Positions 56,713-64,000 of a DNA stretch of 64,000 bases are shown here, piece after piece. The position numbers and the translations under genes are program-made. A model generated the notes under the pieces. It worked only from the letters and a program-made list of their open reading frames with translations. It was not told where the DNA came from and ran no database searches. The stretch is from Diplonema japonicum. Lineage: Eukaryota > Protista > Euglenozoa: Diplonemea. Position 1 is the first letter of the stretch, and each line of letters starts with the position of its first letter. The stretch covers positions 248,001 through 312,000 of the forward strand of contig OZ025695.1 in assembly GCA_964019335.1 (NCBI GenBank), given 5' to 3'.

Positions 56713-57511
56713 CATCTTTTTACTTACTGACAAATGAAATTTTTACACCCGAGAGTGTTTCTTCATACCGCAAGCAAGATGGCCTCAAGGGCCTCTTGCG
56801 CGTAAGCGACCTTGCGCAGGATCGCTCCCAGAATGACTGTAGGGGTGAGATAAAGTTTAAAGATTTATTTTTGAAGCCAAAATTTCAAGAGAACTTGGAA
56901 GTAAGAAAAAAAAAAAAAAAAAAAAAAAAACGAGAGGAGGTAGGTCAGAAGAAGAAAAAAAAAAACTTGGAGAGAAAAAGAAAAAAAAGAGGAAAAAAAA
57001 AAAGAAAACAAGACACACAAAGGCAAAAAAAGTGTTTTCCAGCCCAGCTTTCATTTTTGTTAATCGACTTTTTTTTTTCTCGGGGGGGGTTTTTTTTTTG
57101 TGTTTTGGTCTTTTTTTTTCTTTTTTTTTTTAAAGGGGGTGGGTGGGGTCAAACTGTGTAAATGGAGATTTTTTAGTGTTAGAAACAAAAAGAAAGGAGA
57201 GAGGGGATTCTTTTTTTTTTCTTTCCATCATGCAAACCCCGTTGACAAGAACGGGGGAGCAGGATTGTCAGCGGGAAAGGGGCGAGGAGGAAGAATGTAT
57301 CTTCTGTTTCTATGATAATTCGTGTATGAGGAAACAGGTAAGGGGGGGGGGGGGGGGGGTGAAATTCACTGAAGGGGCGTTTTTCATTGGGGTGCACCCC
57401 GTTTCTTCTTTTTTTTTCAAAATCTCTGGGGAAAAAAAAGGGGGGGGGGAAGGAAACAAAGAAGAAAAGAAAACAAATCATAGGCCATTGGTTAGCAGTT
57501 CCTTTTCTTGC

Positions 57512-57544
<33 letters not shown>

Positions 57545-58670
57545 GCTGGGGTCCCGTAAGAGTTTTTGGGTTCCCATAGCTGACGCAGATTTTCAATCTG
57601 TGTCCTAACCCGAGTACCCTGTTGGTGGCTCATAGTTAACACGAAATTGGCTTAAGTCCACCCCCAAGGCATGCAGCGCACGCTGGAAGGCCTATGGAGT
57701 GAAACAGTATAGTTCTTGCGTGCGTCATCATTTTTTTTTTTTTTAACTAGGCCACGAAAGTCACCAGTAAACACTTAATGGTTACTTCCAAAACTAAATA
57801 CCTACCCATATTTTCTTGGAGCCGAACTACATGCACTATGCCTTAGGGTAGTAACAAAGAAGAGAGGGGTGTAAAGAGACAAAAAAAAATCTTTTTTTCG
57901 AGCTGTAAAAAGGGGAGAGGAAAAAAAAAAAAAATGGATGAAGGGAGTCTAGTGTAGGTGAGGGGGGGGGAGGGAAGCTTCCAAGCTTTGTTAGGTTACG
58001 GTCAACTTTTTCTTTAATTTTCTTTTATTCTTTTTTCCCACCCCATGTATTTTTTCTTCTTCCTCCCTGTTTCCCTAAGCCCTTGGGGGGGGGGGGGGGT
58101 TCATTTCTGTAGCCACGAAGGTAAGGAAAATACAGGGATTCAGGCAAAAATAAAAGGGGGTTGCGGAGGTAAGAAAAAAAAGAATGCAAAAATTCTACCC
58201 CATTCTCCTCTTTTCTTCAGAAAAAAAAAAAAAAAAAAAAAACACAACAGGTGTGGTATTCATCACAATGGAAGAACATCTAAAAACCTCGCTTCCTTTG
58301 TGACACAACACGTACCAGTCGAGGAAATTAAGGAGGACAAAAAAAAAAAAAGAAAAAATCAGACAATTCAAGCCCCACCCATCCTGTCCCGTTCTGGGGG
58401 ACTTGCGGGTGATTGCTACGCCAGATGTAGTGCTCTTCAAAAAAGAAAAAAGAAAATGGGGGGAAAGGGAAGAAAAAAATTCTCAACAGCTTACACCTTT
58501 TCATGAAAAAAAAAAAATATCGTGTAACAAATAAGCGAAGAAAAAAAAAACTGAAAAGAAGTAAAAAAAAAAAAAAATACGTAAAGATAAAAAAAAAAAA
58601 AAGGCTGGGGCAAGAACAAAAAAAAAAAAAAAGGGAAAGAAGTGTTATATCTATGTCACACCAGCCCTAA

Positions 58671-58712
<42 letters not shown>

Positions 58713-58736
58713 AGAGGGGTGTTTTTTTTTTTTTTT

Positions 58737-59136
58737 TTATTTCACAGTTTATTTCCCTCGGCCTAAATTCTCAAAGAGCGGGGAACGTAAAGTAGGGGTT
58801 TTTTCTATATCTTTATATATCAACATCTGCACACGCCAGGAGTAGATAGTACCCACTCCACTCCTTTTTTCTTTTCTTTTGCCATTTTTATTTTTTCATC
58901 CTACAACAAGCGTGATAGTCCAGCGTATTCCGGAGTCCACGTCCCGCTCTTTGAGAATTTAGGCCTCGGGAAAATAAACTGTAAATAAAACGCCGTATTC
59001 CGGGGTAAAGTAGGGTTTACCTTTTCCCTCGACAGATTGTCCTGGCCCCTCGGAACCAATTTTTATGTCCTCGGGAGCCACAATCTGTCTCGGGGAAATA
59101 AACCCTACTTTATTGCCCCGGAATAAATAGTTATTT
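58737..59136 (+). mobile_element. Non-autonomous Crypton-like element
   Basis: About 50-bp IR pair (58737-58788/58939-58990), second hairpin 58996-59125, terminal AATAAATAGTTATT, TTATTT at both ends. Confidence 0.65.
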
Positions 59137-60982
59137 TTATTTAATTTTGTAAAGTTACATGAGGAAATTCCTAAAGAGCCATAAAAATCAGAAAATCACT
59201 TTACCGTTCACGAGTTAAAATAAAGTGAAGAATAAAAATCAGGTAATAGGCCGAATTTGGCTTAAAAAAAGTGCCGTAAAAATCAGGCAAAATCTGATTT
59301 TTACTCTGAGCAATTTTTCGGTATTCGTCTTCATTTCTTGCATCTGGCATGTTGCGCTTTTACAAACGTCGCTCGACACATACATTAATCGCCTCGCAAA
59401 ATATGAGACGTAACCCGACCAACCCAAACCACAGTCAGGTATCTGAGGCAAAAAACAGTCAAGCATCTGAGGCAAAAGAGGCATAAACCCACTTTACCAC
59501 GTTTCCGGACCACCAATGCCGAAAATTACACTGGCCATGCATACAGGCGTTCTTTTGCACAATACCTTGTTGATGAAGGAACCTGCTATTTTGGCTGGAA
59601 GTCAGACCTGATCAAGCCCCCGCACAAAACCAGCAGTTTCTGAAGAGCGATGATCAAGTGCCGACACAAATTACACAAAACCTACAGAATTCTGTCAATT
59701 TGACATCCTCTTCTCGGGCAATCAGGATTAGTCTTGACATCAGTGTGAACATTTCGCAGAAGTGAACATAAAGGGTTCACAGTGTCCGAAATTTCCTCAT
59801 TTAACTTTACAAAAATTAAATAAAATATCATATTAACCCATAAAGGACCGGGAGCTGAATATTCAGCTAAAAAAAAAAAATTTAAAATTCTGCTAAGGCA
59901 TTTTTAGTGCTCTGCATGCCCACTCTTTAAAGAGGGGCCTTATTGCGCGACTTTTTTTTATGCTGAACGCTATATCGCCCGTAAATTTTTGCATCCAAAC
60001 TGCAAGGGGAGAAAAAATATAGTGGCACAGACATTGTTTTTTTTACACCCCATAAGGAGTAGTGCCGAAAGTACTTCTGAAGAAGGGCCAGTGTCACCGG
60101 ATGATGGGGATATCCCGGATATGGAATGGGATGACAAAATCGAGAAGGTGGGGAGGAAAATATTTCGCAAGGTGCCAGGTCCAAGTGTACCAGTAGTGGG
60201 TCTCAACGGGATGGAGGTTTTTCCTTTGTTTTTGATAGGGCGGCCCTCCAGCAGGGGGCTTGTCCTGTGCTTTGAGTTGTTTTTCACTCCTGCGGCTCTA
60301 AAAGGCTATCGTGGGGTGGGCAGCAAGCCATTCGAGTGGTATAGAGGCCTTTGGATACTTACAGGGTTCAAAATGCGATTCAGACACCGGTTACATAACG
60401 ACACCTTAAAAAACCACCTGAGAACCTCTTGAAAACCACTTGAAAATAGAAATACGTTTAAATTGGACAAGTCGCATATCTGCGGCACCTCGGACCTTGT
60501 GTTCAAAGAACGGCCATAAGTGGTGAAAAAAAAAATAACCAGCCCATCCTGCACGCTGAATAAGCGCTGCTTGCCGAAACCATGGAACCTCCGGATAGCA
60601 TGTGCCCTTTGCAAGAGTTGTTTCTCTCAAATGCTGCTCTACCACCAAAGTTTGGGCGCGTCTGTGGCTGAAATGCAGACCGCTTCGCGTTTCAGAAATG
60701 GGGTAGTGAAAATAATATAGGTACCCACCCTCTAACTCCACCCTCGCCATTTTATTTATGGTATTTGAACGAAAAGTTCAAAATAGACTTTTTAGACGAA
60801 AAATAGCGGTCCTTTATGGGTTAAATAAAAATCAGCCAGATTTTTACTCGGAATTTTTTTTTTCACTCGTTTTTTTTGAATTTCACTCGCTTCGCTTCGC
60901 TCGTGAAATTCAACTACTCGTGAAAAAAAAAATTCCTCGTAAAAATCAGGTAATCTGATTTTTATTTAATAAATAGTTATTT
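59131..60982 (+). mobile_element. Crypton-like element with tyrosine-recombinase remnant, interrupted by piggyBac
   Basis: IR pair 59135-59169/59790-59825; 59521-59610 encodes ENYTGHAYRRSFAQYLVDEGTCYFGWKSD; hairpin and terminal AATAAATAGTTATT. Confidence 0.75.
59837..60820 (+). mobile_element. piggyBac internal-deletion derivative
   Basis: TTAA TSD at 59833-59836 and 60821-60824; same TIR as 5995-7763, in inverted orientation. Confidence 0.9.
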
Positions 60983-61026
60983 TTTTTTTCTTCTTCTTTT
61001 TTTTTTTTTTTTTTTTCTCTCTCTCT

Positions 61027-62240
61027 CTACCCTCTTCGTTTGCACATCATCATAAAAGCCGACACACCAGTACATATTCCTGTCGAAAAAAAAAAAAAAA
61101 AATCAAAAAAAAAAAACTTTTTTTTTCTTCTAATATTATCATACCACATAATACAAGCGAGGAGTAAACCGTTTTCCGCAAGCTTTCCAGCTCAGCTTGT
61201 TGGGCTGACACGACAACTGCTAGTCCACCATCACCATCACCAGCCTCGCGCCGGCACGTGGCGAGGGACGACTCCGCAGAGAATAAAACAACCTCACCCG
61301 CAACCATTCCAACTCTAGACTTTTCTATCTCGGACTCAGTGGGCGCAGCAAAAGAAGAAGATACCGCAGAAGAAATGGGAAGATATCCATCATCAGTAGC
61401 ATGGCACCCAATAGAAGGTTCTGGACCTGAATCGGCAATTACGTGTTGCAGCGAAGTAACAACCTCAGAAAGGGTTTCGTTAGTAGTTTGGATAAGGTTT
61501 GTGCAGGCTTCATGAAGAGCTCTTTTTTTCTCTGGTTCAGCGTGAGATGCTGCGCTCAACGCACGGTTCACCTCCTCCACGCGACCGCGTATCGAGAACT
61601 GAAGGCAGGTTACATCCCTCAAATCCTCATTGCAGTCGTATAGCACCTTTTCCAAGTATCTGTACTCTCGTTCTTCGCTTTTTGCTTCCTCGGCGTCCTG
61701 ACAGGGGTCTTGCTGTTGAGGCATTTCCGACCGAAGCGATTCGATGTGTGCCAGCAGTTTAGACAAACAATAATATTGTGCTTCTTCTTCTATTTCGGCG
61801 AGATCTGTGTGGTTGAGCTGGCCAACCAATGAGCCTTGTCTGCAGAAATCGATTATTTTTTGGAACCATTTTGCAGGGCGGTCTACGATAACTGCGCCGT
61901 TCTGCATAACGTCGTACCGGTTGGACAGCAACACGGTGAACAGGGTGTCCTCGCCGTCGTCTGTGAAGGTCTGCCTGTTAGTGTAGAAGACTGTTCCCCC
62001 GACTATGAATTGCACCATTTCCGCACCTTCTACGCCTTCCTCCTCCTCAAGGATCCACTCCGTGTCGTCCCCGCAGGTTAGACAATAGCTTTCTGTGTGG
62101 ACCCTGGCTATCGCTAGTTTCTTAAGACCCACGTTGCAGCTCTGGCATCTGTATGCCTTGTGCTTTATTCCTTTCGGAAGCCCGTGTTTCGGTGCCGCTG
62201 TTAAATCTGTCAGCATTGATGCCGATGGGAGAGACACCAT
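61027..62240 (-). CDS. BTB/POZ (KCTD-like) protein with N-terminal Zn ribbon and C-terminal TM; intron 61080-61144
   Basis: VQFIVGGTVFYT..VDRPAKWFQKIIDFCRQG..EEAQYY; spliced tail LVLCGICTGVSAFMMMCKRRG. Confidence 0.8.
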
Positions 62241-62444
62241 TTTTTTTGGGGGGGGGCTTTTTTTTTTGTGGGTAAATGACGTGTACCTGAATTTTTTTTT
62301 TTTGGAATTTTTTTGTTTTGATGTGGGGGAGGGGGGGAGAAAGAAAATGTTATAGAGATGTGTAGTACCCTGAGGGTACAGGGGGGCAAGGGAGAATGAA
62401 AGAAGAAAGTTAAAAAAAAAGTGGAAAAAAAAAATCGGAAAGGG

Positions 62445-62478
<34 letters not shown>

Positions 62479-62546
62479 TTTCTATTTACCTCGGTTTTCC
62501 CAAAATTCAGTTTTTTTTTTTTCTTTCCGCAATTTGTCAGGACAAA

Positions 62547-63085
62547 AAATAACTATTTATTGCCAACAAATTATGAGTCATTATTTAACGCGAGTTCCCG
62601 AATTTTTTGCACGAGGGCCCTGCGGGCCCTCGTGCAAAAAAACGGGTAACGAGAGTTAAATAATGGCTCATTTGGCGGCAAGTAAGTCGTTTTATTTCAC
62701 TCTTCGTCATTTGAGTCACTCACTCTTCACTGCTTTCACTGCTGTTTTTTTTCACGCAGGTCAGCCTTTTTGGGGAGTTTCCTAAGGTAATATGGGGTTG
62801 CTATTTCGCCATGGCATTTAAAGGGGAAGTAAGGCACTTATTCCCACTAAGGGCTGGAATGGCCTCAGATGGCCAAAAATAGTCAAAATACCCCCACCCC
62901 AAAAAATTTTTTCAAGGGGTTGGGTGCATTTTTTTCCACGGCGAGACTCATTTTCCCACTCTGAAGGCTAGTTAAATAATGGCGATTTCGCGTTAAATAA
63001 TGGCCGTTTCGCGTTAAATAATGGCCATTTCGCGTTAAATAATGAGGCCCCTAGTGAGTGAAGAAAATGACGAAGAGTGAAATAA
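62547..63085 (-). mobile_element. Non-autonomous Crypton-like element
   Basis: IR TTATTTCACTCTTCGTCATTT; hairpin TTTTTTGCACGAGGGCCC/GGGCCCTCGTGCAAAAAA; terminal AATAAATAGTTATT on the minus strand; homologous to 8422-8711. Confidence 0.7.
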
Positions 63086-63092
63086 AAAAAAG

Positions 63093-63732
63093 TTTTTTTG
63101 ATAAATTTCGGTGTGCGGGTGGGTGCTCACCGTTCAGGGAGAATTCCACACTAATCGGTCACCGTTCTGCGGTTGCTGTCTGGTGCCTGCGGTGGCTGTT
63201 TGTCGCGATGAGATGGACGGCATCTGAGCGAGAAACATTGCTTGGAGTCGTGCTAGGTAGGGGGCGGTTTGGCTCGAGGAGAAGAGTGGTCTCCTGTTGT
63301 AGCCGTGTGTCGTCGGGCCCCCAAGATGTCGAAGGGTGTGTACCCTTGTCTTTGCGTGGCGGGGAAAGCATTCTTCCCACTCTTTGCTGTGCACTTCTGA
63401 ATACGTCTTAAGATGTATCGCATCCTTCCAGCCTTCTCTGTGAGCCAGTCCTGGTCGTCGAGGGGTCCAGCCAAGGACTGTCGGGTGGCCTGCTCATAGT
63501 CTACTGCGAGCTCCATCGTCGTGACGGACGTCAACTTCCTGCCTGCGTACCATCTTAGGCTTTCAGCCACCTGAGGACGCTCTTTATGTAGAACATTAGG
63601 ACCTTTCCCGACGCTCCGTTCGATTTCAACAGCTCCACTGTGGGCACAGTGTGCTGCTTCCCTTTGTGATCTCATCCCACGGGTTGGTGGTGAGGATCCT
63701 GATGCTCCGTTCAGCCGCTCTGGCGTCTCGTC
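63093..63732 (-). mobile_element. 5'-truncated copy of the APE-RT LINE (3' end, short A tail)
   Basis: Matches 9085-9717; encodes SVTTMELAVDYEQ..PLDDQD; frameshifted. Confidence 0.88.
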
Positions 63733-63867
63733 TTAAAAAAAACAAACTTTTTGCAAAAAAACCGAACCATTTTCAAACACAAAAAAAAAAAAAAAAAAAA
63801 AAAAAACGGCACCTAAACGATACAAGTATCTTTGGGAAAACCGTTTATTTACTAATAAGGACAGGGA

Positions 63868-63915
<48 letters not shown>

Positions 63916-64000
63916 GATGTTTAAAATTAAAACCATCCCTTAGAAAAGAAAAAAGAAAAAAAAAACGACGCGAAACTTTTTTTTTTATAAAAAAAATATA

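Noticed and set aside
57545-57731. ATGATGA box C on the minus strand suggesting a C/D snoRNA
   Set aside because: No box D (CTGA) at a suitable distance and no terminal stem.
4929-58845. Many poly-Lys/Phe/Gly/Pro ORFs
   Set aside because: Translations of homopolymer spacers and introns.
62986-63045. Three short direct repeats, CRISPR-like at a glance
   Set aside because: Contiguous 21-bp tandem units without spacers, inside a transposon, in a eukaryote.

Overview
Eukaryotic genomic window, most plausibly a euglenozoan such as a diplonemid. This is inferred from one-strand gene order, pyrimidine-tract/AG acceptors just before several ATGs, ingi-like retroposon remnants and short cis-introns. 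About 24 host protein genes all lie on the minus strand: myosin, MFS sugar transporter, GNAT, F-box-like/Ras, PPPDE, CWC24, DUF3431, TFIIA-gamma, TauD, THUMP methyltransferase, two DUF2961 paralogues, SAM synthetase, a ~2100-aa ART/LRR/ankyrin/macro-like protein, WD40, sorting nexin, MYND, DRG1 and BTB, among others. They are separated by homopolymer-rich spacers. There are four identical tRNA-Met genes and one tRNA-Glu. Mobile DNA comprises two piggyBac copies, an intact-looking APE-RT LINE, RNase H-bearing LINE remnants, structured SINE-like units packed against tRNA 5' flanks, and five Crypton-like elements, one with a tyrosine-recombinase remnant. The strongest leads are (1) a LINE whose ORF1 and ORF2 are in frame across a single UGA followed by a strong hairpin (candidate programmed readthrough); (2) a tRNA-upstream retroelement/structured-RNA cluster with a shared palindrome; (3) tRNA terminators that may double as splice acceptors for the next gene; (4) tiny GT-AG introns with A/purine tracts or U/A hairpins; (5) a Crypton-like family; (6) an ADP-ribosylation writer/eraser-like fusion. 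All calls are by eye; no searches were run, and homopolymer lengths may be unreliable.
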